Positions 11,783-30,633 of a stretch of DNA of 64,000 bases are shown here, piece by piece. A program made the translations under genes and the position numbers. Source of the stretch: Zootoca vivipara (Eukaryota); NCBI RefSeq assembly GCF_963506605.1, contig NC_083280.1, forward strand, positions 41,974,001 through 42,038,000. The letters run 5' to 3'. The first letter of the stretch is position 1; each line of letters opens with the position of its first letter. The notes beneath the pieces were generated by a model. The model searched no databases, was not told the DNA's origin, and saw only the letters and a program-made list of their open reading frames with translations.

Positions 11783-14700
11783 CTACAGGATATTCTTTGC
11801 AATTGCATTCAGGGTCCTCACTTTAGCCACATCGGCCACCTTGATGGAATATTCAGGTGTGGAGAGGGAGGCCCCCATGGTAGTGTAAGGGTTTCTAAAA
11901 GAATACCAACAAGTCTTTGGTTACTGTCTGGAACCTGGACCTGGAAGAGCCGGGGAAAAAGAACCATCCTAAGTCCTACCCATTGAGCCATAATCTGCTG
12001 TCATGCTGCCATTTGGGTGCTACCTTAACCCATTGCATCTGCAACTATGAACTACAGACACAAGTCCATCCATAATGCAACAATGCCTTGCTCCCAGCTA
12101 AACGCACCAGTCAGGTGCCAGTGCCCCAGATGTTCTTAGTCAAGTTACTACCCCAAACGGTGAAGCTGCATCGGGAGATGGAAGCAAGGCTTGGGCCCCT
12201 CAGTAAATCAGGATAGAAACTTGCTCAGTTACCTGAACTTCATTCCTGAGTCTTTGACTGAGCGCGCTGAGCAGTGAAACTCAGAGGCGCCAGAGCCTTC
12301 TAAGATTCTCTGTAGGTTTCTCTCGGTTATGCCTCCCCCTGGTGGAGAGAACCCATAACTCAGTCACAAACATGAAGTTAAGCAGGAATAGAGAGAGCTA
12401 CATTCTGGGCCATTGATGGGGGAAATCCCTTTGCTCTGAAGCAGGGGCTAATCTTTAGGGTCAATGCAGGCTGCAGTCACAGCTCTGAAGCAGGGAGACC
12501 TCCTAAATATTATGCCTCTGGAAGGGAGCAGATGCCCATCAGGTATTATCTTATCTAGGGCAGTCTCAAGCAGGTCGGGCACCCTGGCGCTGAGGGGCGG
12601 AGATCGCTCTGGCGCCCCCGCCCTTGCAGGGCGCAGTATGGTTTCTGCGGGGCTTTGCCGCGCAGCGCCCCACTTACCAGCCCGGCACCCTGGCGCACCG
12701 GGACTCTACCTAGAGCCAGCCCTGATCTTATCAGTTTAGCTGATGATTAGCACAAATGGCCCACTGCTTTTGTTTTGCCTGACAGTTAGTGATCACTCAG
12801 GAACATGACAAGGGAACATTAGTTAATGCTCCTTGATGCCTGGAAATCTTTGCCTTCATAATGCCATACCTATAAGAGTTTGAGGAGGGGACAGATAGCT
12901 AGAAGCAACTTGAATTTGGATTGACAGAGGCAAAGAGTCTACAGCAGCAAGTTAAGCAGGTGGGGGTTGTGCATGGGTGTCCACACTATTCCTTTACCTA
13001 ATACAGTTTCAGCAGTTGTGCCACCTGTTATAGAAGTTCATCTATTTCTACTACACTCTGTCTGTTTTTATATTTGCAAATAAATATTATAAAGATTAAG
13101 TCTTTCGTGCACTCTCATCCAAAGGGAATTACACCCTAAAGCTCTGTTCCTGGACTTCTTGCCACTTGGGCAAGTGGGGCTGCCTAACAACATGCTTGGT
13201 TGGTGCTAGAGTTCTGATCTATGCCAACAAGTGGTACTCACTGCAGAGTCTTACCTGGCACTACAACAATCCTGCCCTTAGCCTGAAAAGGAAGAGAAAA
13301 GAGATTTAGTGGTCTTGCTTATAGAAAACACACCAAATGGGTAGCACAAATATTATGTTGAGGAAGATGTAGAATGTCTTTATTTGCAATATTTAATTTC
13401 ATTTTTTATGCTGCTTTTCAAATGGTTTGTTCCAAGTAATACTGTCATGTTGAGTTTCTTACATGCTCCTCTAGGGAAGTATGCTCCCACACTTCATCAT
13501 TGTGTATATTTCACCTCTGCAAAGTCAAACAACTGAGGATCTACCAAGTTTCACCTCCAACCTGGGATGGCTGAACTTCAGAAACTATATGCTGTCATAT
13601 CAGTATCAGCAGGACTGCTTCAACTTCACCCCAGTGTTAGAGACTGGAAGCAACTTTAAAATAACTGAGTGACTCCTTCGTTGACTTTTTTGTCTGTTGT
13701 GCATTCTGCTGGATAGGTGTGAGATATGGGTGTGCCATGCACATATTGTGTACTTAACAGAGAAGAAGGGAGCTAATTTATTGTGGTAGCCTATGGGGAT
13801 TAATGGAATGAAAGAAGCTATTGTATCAGAAGGTGCAAGGCACAGTTTCTGTATATTCAATGGGGAGGCCAGTTTTCACCCTTAATTGTTGAAAAACCCT
13901 CACCCATCTGAAGACCAAGACAGACTGCTAGCTGGCACTTCTTTGCCCCCACCACACACTGTCCAGTTCCTTGGATAGCCCACTCTAAGTAGGCAAGAAA
14001 AGTGTATCAGTAGAGTTACAAATTTGGTAGAGATGACACCTCACCTGTTCTGTCAGTCGTTTTATCAAGGGCAGCCCCTCTAGAACAGAGCTGTCACAGC
14101 CACTAGTCAGGACCCGTTCAAAGCCCATTGATATTAGCGTTTCCAAGGCTGCCGCAGGGTCATAGACCATATCAAAAGCTGTTGAGAAAAATGGAGCATG
14201 TCAGTCCTTATTGCCAAATCTTCTAGAAGGCATGTTCCAGGCTTTAGCCTAGTCCCAAATCCCTGGTAGGCAGTCCTAATGTGTGCAATTCCCAGAGTAC
14301 ATTCTCATAGTCCCCACCCCCACCCCACCAAGGTAAGGCCATTGTGCCTGAGCCTACATCCTGCAAGTAGGCAGTCCGGCTTTCATTCCCCACTCCAAGA
14401 TCTGTAAGAAGAGTCTGCTAGATCTGTCCAATGGCCTATCCAGTTCAGCATCATGTTCTCACAGTGGCCAACCAGATGCCTGTGGGAAACCAGCAAGCAG
14501 AAACTCACCTCTGTGGAAGGTGACTGGCAGAGGGCGGGAAGCAGCTGCAAAAAGAACAGATCCCAGATGGTTAGTACACCTTTGCTTAGGGGTTGTCTTT
14601 GTGAAGGCAATGATTCTTCTACTGGCCCTGGAAAGAAAGGAAACTTCTCCAGATGGTTCAACCAAGGTGGCTGTAGTCATCTGACACCATTTCTGCAATA

Positions 14701-17700
14701 TGGATTCATATCCTTTCTCATTTCCACTGAGACTGCCCACTAGCTAGCTCTTTGTATGGCATTTCACATTTTGTGTATCAAACCCCTCACACATGTTGGG
14801 CTTATGCACTTATTTTAAAAAGTAATCCTGGAGTAGACTAAAGATGTATCCACTTGTCTCCCTAGGTAGCCTGTGGAATAACCAACCATGGAGTGAATTG
14901 ATATTGGCTTCTGGTTAAAATAGTTTAGCTGCTGTATTTCAGCTTGCCTGACAGAACCTTCTCCACCTTTCCTCCTCCTGTGTGCTGTTTTTTTTGGGGG
15001 GGGGGGAGAGACATGCAGGAAGAGGACAGGCTTCCCCTAGCTAGAGCCAATTTTGGGGGACATGCAGGGAGAGGGCAGGCTTCCCCTAGCAAGACTAATT
15101 CTTCTTCAGAATATATACTGTCAGTTTCAGTTAAATGGAGAAAATAGCTGGTAATTATTTTCTTTGCATTGTTGAGGGTCCAGAAAAACCATAGTTATCA
15201 TTCTTTCAATAAAGTTTCCTATTCTTCTGGATAATTCTTCCTTCTGTGCAGAATTTATGGCTAGCGAACACACTCTCCATCAGAGCTGCACAGTGCCCCT
15301 TCTTACAAACAAAGGTTACTCATCCCAACCATTACAACATTTGGCTCCTGCTTTATCGGAATAATTCATTCATTTATGGAATGACCTATGGAATGTCCTC
15401 CCTCTAGAGCAGCCTTTGTCAAATTAGCTGGGGCTAAGGGGAGTTATAGCCCCAAACATCTGGAGGATACCAGCTTGGTGTAGACTACCCTAGGAGCACA
15501 ACTGGTGTTAAAGCTCTGTCGTCATTTTGGCATCAGGTGAAACTTCAATATTCCCCCAGCCTCTTTTTTGGGAGTGGGGAGTCAGAAGTTCCATCACTTC
15601 TGCAACTGCAGAGACTGTAGCACCATGGCCATTTCCCCCCAATAAGCTCCATTTATATATTTCTTTATAAATTGTGCTGCATTGTTTTTATTCTACTGTA
15701 ACCCAGCCTGGGATCACATGATGAAGGGTGGATTAGATGTTCTCTTATACTGTAAATGAATGAATAGCTCAATATAGTGAGGCAGGCTCTAGTATCTCGT
15801 GGATCTTGCCTCTTGCCTGTAGGAAATGTTTCTTAATTTGAACCATGGAATTATCAGCTGGTTGCACTGTACGACAATCACTACTCAAGCACCAAATAAG
15901 CCCTATGGAAAGTAAAACCTGCTCACCCAGCAGTGCTGTGCAGAGCTCTGTATCCACACGTCCGTCCTCAGTCAAGGCTCCAAACACCAACCCATCAGCC
16001 CCATGTTGCTTGGCAAGTCGGATGTCTGCCTTCATCACCTCCACTTCTCGGTCAGAATAGAGGAAATCCCCCCCACGGGGACGGATCATCACAAATACAG
16101 GCACCCTTATACACTGCTTCACCACTTGCAAAAGGCCTGCAGACAAACAGGTTTAGGACATGGTGTCAGTTATGTACTGGATTTTTTTATGAGATGGAGA
16201 AGAAGTGAAACCTAGAACATGGTATGGAGCAACTTAGAAACATAGCAAGATGCCTTATACAAAGGGAGACCACTGAGCCATCTAGGTCAGTTCTGCCTAT
16301 GTCTGGAGTAGCCAACAGGATGCCCTCCAGATGTTGGTGAACTACAACTCCAATCAACTGACCACTGACCGTTCAGGCTGAGGCGAGTTGGAGTCCAACA
16401 TCTGGAGAGCCACAGGTTCCCCATCCCAGAGCTAGACCATCAGCACTGGGTCTAAGAGAAGCATGGGAGAAGAGAACGGGGCAGATGTCAAACCTTTTTG
16501 CAGAATTTTGGAGAAGGGGCTGCTGAAGAAGGGGAGGTGAAATAGGGTGATTCAATAACAGCCTGTCTTGCAACAAGACCAGGAGGTGCCGATGACACAG
16601 AAGAACACAAAAAGAGCAAGCAGAACAACAGGTATTTTCTTTCTGTTCCAGGCCTAGAGGGCAGAGGTCCAAACATTTCTCCACATTGCTTGGCTGCTCA
16701 GTACTGCTACATCTTGCAGAGAAATGGTGGATTGGATCTTGGCTTGTATGTCCCAACTCACCTATAGTAGGTGTTGTTCCTCCTTCCATGAGGTTGGCAC
16801 ACAGTTCAAGGCGGCCAGCACCTGCAACAGGGTCACACATTAAATCTCTGAATATGAGTGGTTTGCAAGATTTTAATAGAGATCTACATTATGAAGGAAC
16901 CAAGTGGTCCTTGCTATAATCCAACGAGGGAAGTTTGCCCAGATCCATCATTATATGTCTTTAGCCGCCAGGCAAAAACCTTCCTCTATAAGCAGGCCTT
17001 TGGCCTTTAACTATCTGCAGCCATTTAGAAGTGGGTGGGATGTTTTTAAATTTATTCCCTGCCTCCTCCCCTTGGTTTTAATGTATCTGTGTTGGGTGTG
17101 TTAATGTATTGGGGGGGGCTGTTTGTTTGTAGGTACCGACTAACAAATTTAAGTAATAAATAAAATAAATCAATGGGTAGGAGTGCTGGAAATTTTCAAA
17201 CCACTGTTTATGAAGAGTGAGATCAGTTACCTATATTTAGCTTATCCACATAGACTTCAACCCCTACTCAGGCAGTAACTAAGAAAAGCAATTAATAGGT
17301 GATTTGAGTATCTCAGCCCATGTTTTATAATGCACTGCATCAAAACTTAACTAGTTAAAGCAGCTAAATACAAGGCAAGTTGACATTTATTCATTTAAAT
17401 TTGCAGTTTGTCCTACTCTCAAAGGCTAGAGTAATTGGGTTGCAGGCAATTAAAATGATATATAAATGCATATTCTGAATCTTTGTGTCACTAACGTAGA
17501 TCAGAACTTTGGAAGTCTTTACTTATTGACCAGTTTATAACATTTAATGTCCTGCCTTTCAAGCCTAAAAGGGTTCATAAAATGGTTTCACACTGCTTGG
17601 GGAAGTAAGTGTGCCTCTCTTTTCAATACATATAGCATGTGTACCCAGAGGTGTCCTGGTCTAGAAAGACCCCTCAATGATCCTTAAGTATTTTTATCTT

Positions 17701-19780
17701 CCATCTTTTTTATGGGATTACCTCCTCTCTCTGCATTCACAGCAGACTCCACAGAATCAACACATACTTCCATGAGAAAGCCATTGGCCATTCCTAGAAG
17801 AGAAACACAACCAGAGGTTATGGGGCAATCAGGCTCTGTCTCAGAGAAAAGGGACAGACAGTGATTGAGAGAGGCAATTCCTTCCACCTCAAAGCTCCAG
17901 CACTTGTTCTGTTTTTCAACTGGCATCTTCCATCTTGCTCACCCAAGCGCATCCAGCTCTCAGAAATGGAAGCTTCATAGATTCCCCATCACCTGTCACT
18001 TTACATAGCCTTAACCTGTCAGCAGCTGCTTTAAAGGGTACACACAGTAAGAACAAAAAACTTGTATCACCATGTGAATTTAAAGAAGAAATCAAGCGTT
18101 ATCTGTATCAGCTCAAAACAGGTACAAAAAAAGACACATGGGAAGTTGAAGGCTACTTTTGCTGTAACTCCTGATCCCCTTGCATTCTTGCTCTCCCTGG
18201 ATCTTGTTCTGTGTTGCATTGTCTGAACAGATCTGTCTGTCTATGTGTTTATATGTTTATTACCAAATAAGTTACTTTTCCCAGAGTAGTATACAAAATT
18301 AAATAAATAAACATAGAATAACAAATAATTAACAAAAAATCAGCAGACTAAAAACCTGAACATTTTAAAATATTTTAAAAGGCCTGTGCAATTAAAAAAT
18401 ATTTATCTGGCACCAAAAAGACATCAGTTCTAGGTGAACCTTCCAATGGAGAGAATTATAAACCTCCGCTATCCCATCTCTTCATCAGTTTCACTACTTA
18501 CAGGGGGAGATATAAAGGGGCACAGGAGAAATTAATACACTGGCAAGTTTATTCAGGTGGTGGTCTGTAATGTAACTGCATCATCAAAAGAGACTCTTGA
18601 ACCTAATTTCTGCAGATAGCACAAATCTAAAGCGGAATAAGGGTTTGAAGGGGAGGCTCCAATTTGGAGGATTTGAGGATGGGTCACAGCTCAATGGTAG
18701 TGCATCAGCCTTGTATTCAGAAGGCCGCAGGTTCAATTCCCAGTAAGTCCAAGTAGGGTTAGGTTATTCCGTTTGAAACACTGGAAAAGTGCTGTCAAGT
18801 CAGTGCAAACAATACTGAACTAGATTGCTCTACGGTCTGACTCACTTTAAAGCAGCATTCTACATTCCTTATAAAAAGTCTGTGCTGGTGATCCAGAATT
18901 TTCCTCCTTTCAGAATACTAAATTGAGTAGGGATGACTTCCCTTCCACCTTTCTCCAGATATTTCAGAGGATTCAGGTTCTCCAGCAGGAAGATGAAGTT
19001 GAGGTGCATGGGAATAGCTGACAGCAAGGCCAGTCTGTAACCTGCAGTCTCCCTTAGGCAAATGCAGAACTTACTCTAGATACTCCAACAGATGGAACTT
19101 TGGCCAGTAACATAATGCATTAAATGTGCATTCTGTAGTTCACCTCCTTTGTAATGTTTTGTTTTGAAATCTATTAAGGTAATGTTTTCATTTCCTATTA
19201 ACTATGTCGCTTTGAATGTACACATTATATTTGACTTTATGCCGTGGTTTTATTCAGGATTGCTTTATTTGATGCTTCAATATAGCTTGTAAAGCGCTTC
19301 AACTCCCCCCCCCAAAAAAATATAGAAATTAAATAAATAAAAAAGCCCCACTGAGTGCAGGCAAGATTGCAGTCCTCAGGCCTACAGCTACAACCTTGCA
19401 GACGCTCACCTGAGAATAAGGACCCGTTTGGGCTCAATGGGGTTTTACGTCTTAAACACATAAAGGCCTGATCTGTAAAAATGCCAATTCCTTCCTCCGC
19501 AGTCTAAAACCTAGTAAAAAAATTCCCACTTGATTTTGCTGAATGCACATAGCGGCCTTGACGTGTGCACAGAACAACCGAACAACCGTATTAAAATTTC
19601 TGGCTCCTCTTGCATCTGTGGAGGGGGAAAGGGAGGCCTTGAAACTGCCCGGATTTCCGGCCCCGCCCCCGCCCTCGGGATTCCTCGGGATCCCTCGCCT
19701 TTCCTTCCTTCCGGCCGTCCCTCCGCCCACTCACCCTCACACCCTTCTGCCAGGCCCTGCTTCCGGTCCCATCTCCTCAT
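11783..19780 (-). CDS. CUTC: Copper homeostasis protein CutC homolog, 9 coding exons, about 267 aa
   Basis: Exons: 19735-19780, 17722-17793, 16762-16821, 15927-16136, 14509-14544, 14045-14178, 13255-13282, 12233-12338, 11783-11894. The 804 nt are in frame. Motifs include MEVCVDS, MIRPRGGDF, TFHRAFD, RVLTSG and PGGGI. Exon 1 is the least certain. Confidence 0.95.
12556..12724. mobile_element. GC-rich non-autonomous hAT MITE
   Basis: Imperfect TIRs TAGGGCAGTCTC / GAGCCAGCCCTG. 8-bp TSD ATCTTATC at 12548-12555 and 12725-12732. Confidence 0.75.
15010..15100. repeat. About 49-bp tandem duplication in CUTC intron 4
   Basis: GACATGCAGG(A/G)AGAGG(A/G)CAGGCTTCCCCTAGC starts at 15010 and again at 15059. 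Confidence 0.8.
18680..18870 (+). mobile_element. tRNA-derived SINE (Squam3-like), degraded
   Basis: A box (AGCTCAATGGTAG) and B box (GGTTCAATTCC), with a body ending in an AAAGCAGCATTC...TTCCT-like tail. Confidence 0.65.
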
Positions 19781-20028
19781 TCCGCGTCCGCCTCGGGGCC
19801 GCTCCGGAGGCGCGGCGGATGTCGGCAGTTCTGCGCCAAACCACCCCTGAGCTGAGGAGGAAGCCCCGCCCACCCCTGGGGCCTCGGCGGCGGCGCGCAC
19901 GCAAGAGGAGGCGCCGTCCTACCTGTCACGTGGCGTCGCGGTCACCGAGTGCGCGGTCGCGGAAATAGCTCGGGTTCCTTTCCGTGTCAAGAGTGAGCTG
20001 CTTCCGGGTTGCTTGAGCTTGAGGAGCG
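19781..20028. promoter_or_regulatory. CpG-island bidirectional promoter for CUTC and COX15
   Basis: Divergent ATGs about 250 bp apart. Contains GC boxes, an NRF1-like GCGCACGCA, the E-box GTCACGTGG (19925-19933) and ETS cores (CGGAAAT, CTTCCGG). Confidence 0.8.
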
Positions 20029-25826
<5,798 letters not shown>

Positions 25827-26359
25827 CCCTACTTATCCAGCCTCTTTGCTAGTGCTGAAGGTTTACGGTTGCTGCCTTTGCCCCACGTGTTGTATGCTCC
25901 TCTTCCTGAAAGCCTTAATTCGAACAGAAGGCAAGGCTGAGTAGCACCTTGACGTCATGAGTTGAAGTGCTTTGTTGCAAAACTTGGTGAACATGAATCA
26001 CCATCCTTTACATAAGGTGTGATGTTGACAAGGCAAGCTCTGGCAAGAATTATGGTCGTTTGAGGTGTGTCTCGCTTCCTGCTGAGCTGTCTGTATGAGG
26101 CTACAGCCATGAGCTACATTCTGTGTAGGCTGGATATAGACAATGGATTATGGGGTGAGTGGACCTAGAAATTTGGATGAACAGCAAATGAAGGCATTTC
26201 AAAACTTTATCATAAGGGTGATGGGTGGCATAGTTTCTGGATTTTCTTTAGCAAAATGGGGTTTGAGTGTAAATTTTGAGTGCAATTTTTTTGCATTACA
26301 GTATTGAAATGTGCCCTGTAATTTAACCATGCAGAAGACCCACAGTTCTTTCCTTATTT

Positions 26360-26365
26360 AATAAA
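26360..26365 (+). terminator. Probable COX15 poly(A) signal
   Basis: AATAAA about 535 nt after the stop, followed by T-rich sequence. Confidence 0.6.
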
Positions 26366-26779
26366 AAAAGTATCTCAATAAGTCTTTTTAAATTGACTGT
26401 TCTTACAATGTCCCTATGCAATGTACCTTCATAAGAAACTGCTGCGGCAAACCAAAGGCCCCATTGAGTCCCTCATCTTGTTCTCAGTGGCTAATCAGAT
26501 GCCTGTGGCAGCTTTCAAGCAGGCACATATGTGGGTTGATTTGGAATACATTTCATTAACATCAATATCCACAAAGGTGTTTTTTTTCTGGGGATGGTAG
26601 GGGGAGAGTAAATGCTGCAAATGGGTAAATAAACATAACTAGTAGCAGAGAACATATCTAACAATTCTGGTGGATCGGATGATTTCCAAGACCTGGGTAG
26701 ACCACCCCCCTGAGAAACTTGTATTCCACATTTATCACTTTCATTCTCAGTGGGTTGACCTGCTACAATGGGTAGATGG

Positions 26780-28710
26780 TGTTATAAGAATTTTGAGGTC
26801 ATATATATATATATATAATAATTGTTCATAAAACATGTACATGAATGTACAGGCACATGTCTGAAGCAGCACAGGAAGACAGGCCTTTCTGACACCATTT
26901 TGACTCTCTCTCTGACCAGGTGTTCCTCTGCAAGGAAGAAGGGGGGTGGGGGGAACCTTCTCATTGTCTCAGGAATTAAAGTGATAACCCTGGCATCCTG
27001 GTACCTGAGTGCCAGACAAAAGGGTGTGATTAACTTGGCTGGGAAACAGGGAAATGTAAATATCTCTCAATTTTGTTTATTAGGTTTTGGGGGCAGGGGG
27101 TAGGGTCCAGACTGCTCAGATTACTGCCACCAGACCTCCCCTTTCATGATGTACCTATGATGAATCTAGGGAGGGGGGTCTTGGGCTACACCCCTTCTGT
27201 GACATATGGATGATGCTTCTGGGGGGTGGGCTGGAACCAATTTCAAATTTCTTTTTAAGGGCAAGACACCTCTGTTTGGTGTTCCTTCCTTGTTCTCCTG
27301 CGTGAGAGGAAGGACCCTGTTGCAACAGTTTTTATTTTTTAATAAACTGTACTTTGCTTTTGACAGCCTTAGTTTGGTCTCTGTCATTCTACGGCCAGCG
27401 GCAACATCGTGCCTGCTTGCCTGGATCCTTGGGCTCTCCCTGGGTCAGGATCCATTTCTCTGGGTTCATAGGAACCAGCTTAAAATTTTACTTCAATTTG
27501 GCGACCACGAAGGGACCCAGTTTTTCCTTGAGCCCCGGACTTTCTGGGGAAAGGAGACCCAGCGCGCTCCTGCCTCTTGCAGGGGGAAACCCGACTTCAG
27601 GGTCCGGAGCTCAGGGGAGTCATTGGGAGCCTAGCGGGACCAAGCCAAGGCAAAGCAAAGCTTTGGGAAGGGTTGGTTTTTTTCCAGGAATCTGATCATT
27701 GAGGAAAACCGAAGCTTCAGGAGTCATTCGTTGTGAGTATTAAACAGGGACATTTTGGGGTGGGCTGATTACTGCAGCAACTAAAAATCTAAAACTTCTC
27801 TTCACTGTTCTCTCCTTTTCTGTTTCTAATCTTGGGCTCTAGTTGCAGCTAAGCTGTAAAGGCATAAGGGATAAAGAAGAATTGGAGCCTTTTGGGATCC
27901 GTCCTTTCGTTAAAACGAAATCCCTAGAAGGACGGACCCAGCTCGCTCCTGCCAATCTGCGCAGGAGTTCTGAGCAATCTACCCAACCTTATTCCGTGTT
28001 CCTCTGCTCTTAATCTTCGGGTGAAGACGCCCCTCTGCCATGGCGACCTTGTTGGGTATGACCCATGATCGGAGATTGCAAGTGCGCCCGTTCCTTTTTC
28101 CTACTTTGTATTCCTCAGTTCCGACCTGACATTGCGTAGGCAAGCGTTCAGTAGGATCTGAGTCTAGTGTGTAAGAGGCAGGAAAGTTGCTGCAGGACCC
28201 TAGGCAATTAATGACCAGGAGGGGGTCCTTAGGTATCTAGCCACACCAGCCACCTAGTTAGCAAGTGCACACAACAGGTAGGCAGGAGACGGTATCGTCT
28301 GTTGAGTGAGTCTTAGACTCAGGAGTTTAAGGTATAGAGTGTCCCGGATTGGAGGGTCTTCTACCCGCACTGCAGTATAAATAGGCCAGAGAGTTAAACA
28401 TGGGCGCCCAATCTTCTAAGGAATTCCTACCCCAAACTCCCAACCGGAGCAAAGCACAGTGGAAGCTTGGCTCTGGTAGGGACTTTGAGGGAGAAACCCC
28501 TTTACAATTTGTCCTCCAAAGTTGGAGTGATATCCCTGGAGCGGACAAGCTAGACAGAAATCGCTTGCAAAAACTTTGCAAGAAACACTGGGTCCGCTTT
28601 ACCATGGACCACCCAGATGAGGGGAAATGGCTACCAGGAGGTTCCTTTAACATACAGAGAATCTCCACTTTAAAATTGACCCTGGAAGACCAGTACCCCC
28701 TTCAGAATGT
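26780..28710 (+). mobile_element. Truncated class I (gamma-like) endogenous retrovirus: 5' LTR, tRNA-Arg PBS, leader and gag matrix fragment
   Basis: LTR TG...CA at 26780-27495 with AATAAA at 27341. PBS TGGCGACCACGAAGGGAC at 27499-27516. ORF from 28400 reads MGAQSSK...TPLQFVLQSW...KWLPGGSFN (myristoylated MA-like). Confidence 0.85.
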
Positions 28711-29315
28711 TTGCATGTTACATGTTGTCTGTGTTGTCTGTTACGTGTATGTGCGTCTGTTCCTTGTGTCTGCTATAGATAGTGTGTAAAGGTTTGTTTT
28801 AAAGAGGCTGTAGAAGGCCATTTTTTCCTTTCCAAAAGTAAAAAGAGGGGGCAGGATGAAGGAAAATAAATGCTTGCTCAATGCCTTGAAAATATTTTAA
28901 ACTTGAAAATGTTCACTTCATAAACTCCAGCTATAAGTGGATAAGAGATGTGCTCAAGGTTTAGAAATGTTATGGGGTGTGTTTAAATTTGCCACAACAT
29001 CCATAGATGCCTTACTTCAATGGCTTTTCACTCATTGCAGAAGCCCTTAATTCTTTCCTGGGGACTGCTGCTACACTCAACTTCACATTCTCTCTCACTT
29101 TGCTTCATTTCCCTAAAAAGCCCTATCATGTACCCTACAATTCAGAGTTGTACTGCAGTTCCCTACCACTGCCTCTCAGCAAAATAAGCCTAACATGGAA
29201 TCAGCCCCAGCCCAGCCTGCTTCAATATTGGTATAATTATGACAGATTGGCAGCAGAGTATCCTTTAAAGTGTTTGCAGATGCAGGGAGGGACATTTTTT
29301 GCTCTGAAATGTGAC

Positions 29316-29336
29316 TTTGAAAGATTATGAACTACT

Positions 29337-29371
<35 letters not shown>

Positions 29372-29982
29372 AATGTTCCAAGCAAACATGTACATAAAGG
29401 TATGGGCCGTGTGTCTGGAGCAGCACAGTCCTTAAACCATTTTGACTCCCAAACTGACCAAATGTTTCTCTGCAAGGAGGGAGGGGGTGAGGGAACCTTC
29501 CCATTGTCTCAGGAATTAAGTGATTACCATCTCAAAGGAATGGCCAGGCTACAAGAAAAGGCAATCAGATTAGGCATTATCAGATAACCTGGCAGACAGG
29601 AAAAACAACAACATGCAAATTTCTGTGGTGTACGGTAGGTATGATGTATCTGGGGGGTGGTCTTGAGCTACACCCCTTCTGTGATCTAGGTACAGTTTGA
29701 GGTTTCTGGGGGTGGTCTTGGACTCCAGTGTGGGCTATTTAAAATGTCTATATAAGGGCAGGCACACCTTCTTTCTGGGTCCTCCTTTCTCCTGCCTGTG
29801 AGGGCAGCACCCTGTTGCAACAGTTCAATAAAGATCAGGCTTACTACCGGTAGCTGCTTTGCTTCTCAATATTTTCTGGTTGGCCTGTTATTTTCTCCTA
29901 CCGATGGAGAAGCTACAAAGGACTCTCTATATGGGCTCTTGTGTACCCCATAAAGGAATAAGGGCAGGCTTTGTTTACAACA
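29316..29982 (+). mobile_element. Solo LTR of a related ERV family
   Basis: Shares blocks with 26780-27495 (CCATTTTGACTC, CTCTGCAAGGA, CATTGTCTCAGGAATTAA, GCTACACCCCTTCTGTGA, CCCTGTTGCAACAGTT). Has TATATAAG and AATAAA and ends in CA. Flanks GTGAC/GTAAC are a possible TSD with 1 mismatch. Confidence 0.7.
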
Positions 29983-30633
29983 GTAACGTTGCAGTAATGC
30001 AACATTTTTATACATAACATCATTTTCGTAAAATTTTCTGATCGGCTTGTTTTCTGTACAGCACTTAGAGGTATTTTTGTATATTTTAAGTGGTATAGAA
30101 ATGGTCTAAAATGGGTGGAAACCCTGAAAGGTTGGAGGGGTAAGTTTTCTCACAAAATAAAGGTGGAGATTGGTGTCTGCATATTTTTATTCTTATCTGG
30201 TTCTACAAATTCTATAACCTTTCTGTAGAACGGGGCGGGTGCGAGGAAGTAGAAGCTTGTAAATCTGGTGATCACGGCTCATTAGAAGGAGCAACTACCC
30301 CAACCCCGGCGGACGCCTATATGATGTCCTTGCTTGCAACGGCTTTAGCAGGATTCGACCTGCCTTCTCCGCTCCTCGCAATACACCCTCCGAGGCAGCA
30401 GGGGGCGGTACGACACAGGCAACTCCATTCGGGAACCGAGGCTCCAAAAGACTGGGTGGCGAAGGGGGGAAATCACCGGGAAGGCGCACGGAGTTCTGAT
30501 TGGTTGCGGACGGGGCCAGAAGCAAAGGAAGCGACAGGCGGGGGAGGCGGAGCCTCACTCTTCTTGCGGTCTCGGGGCGGCAGCGGCGGCCTCTTGTCCT
30601 TCATCTCGTCGGTCGCTCCCAACCTGCCTCGCT

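Noticed and set aside
26780-29982. A single provirus with paired LTRs
   Set aside because: The LTRs are too divergent (different U5), there is no PPT before the second, and they share no TSD.
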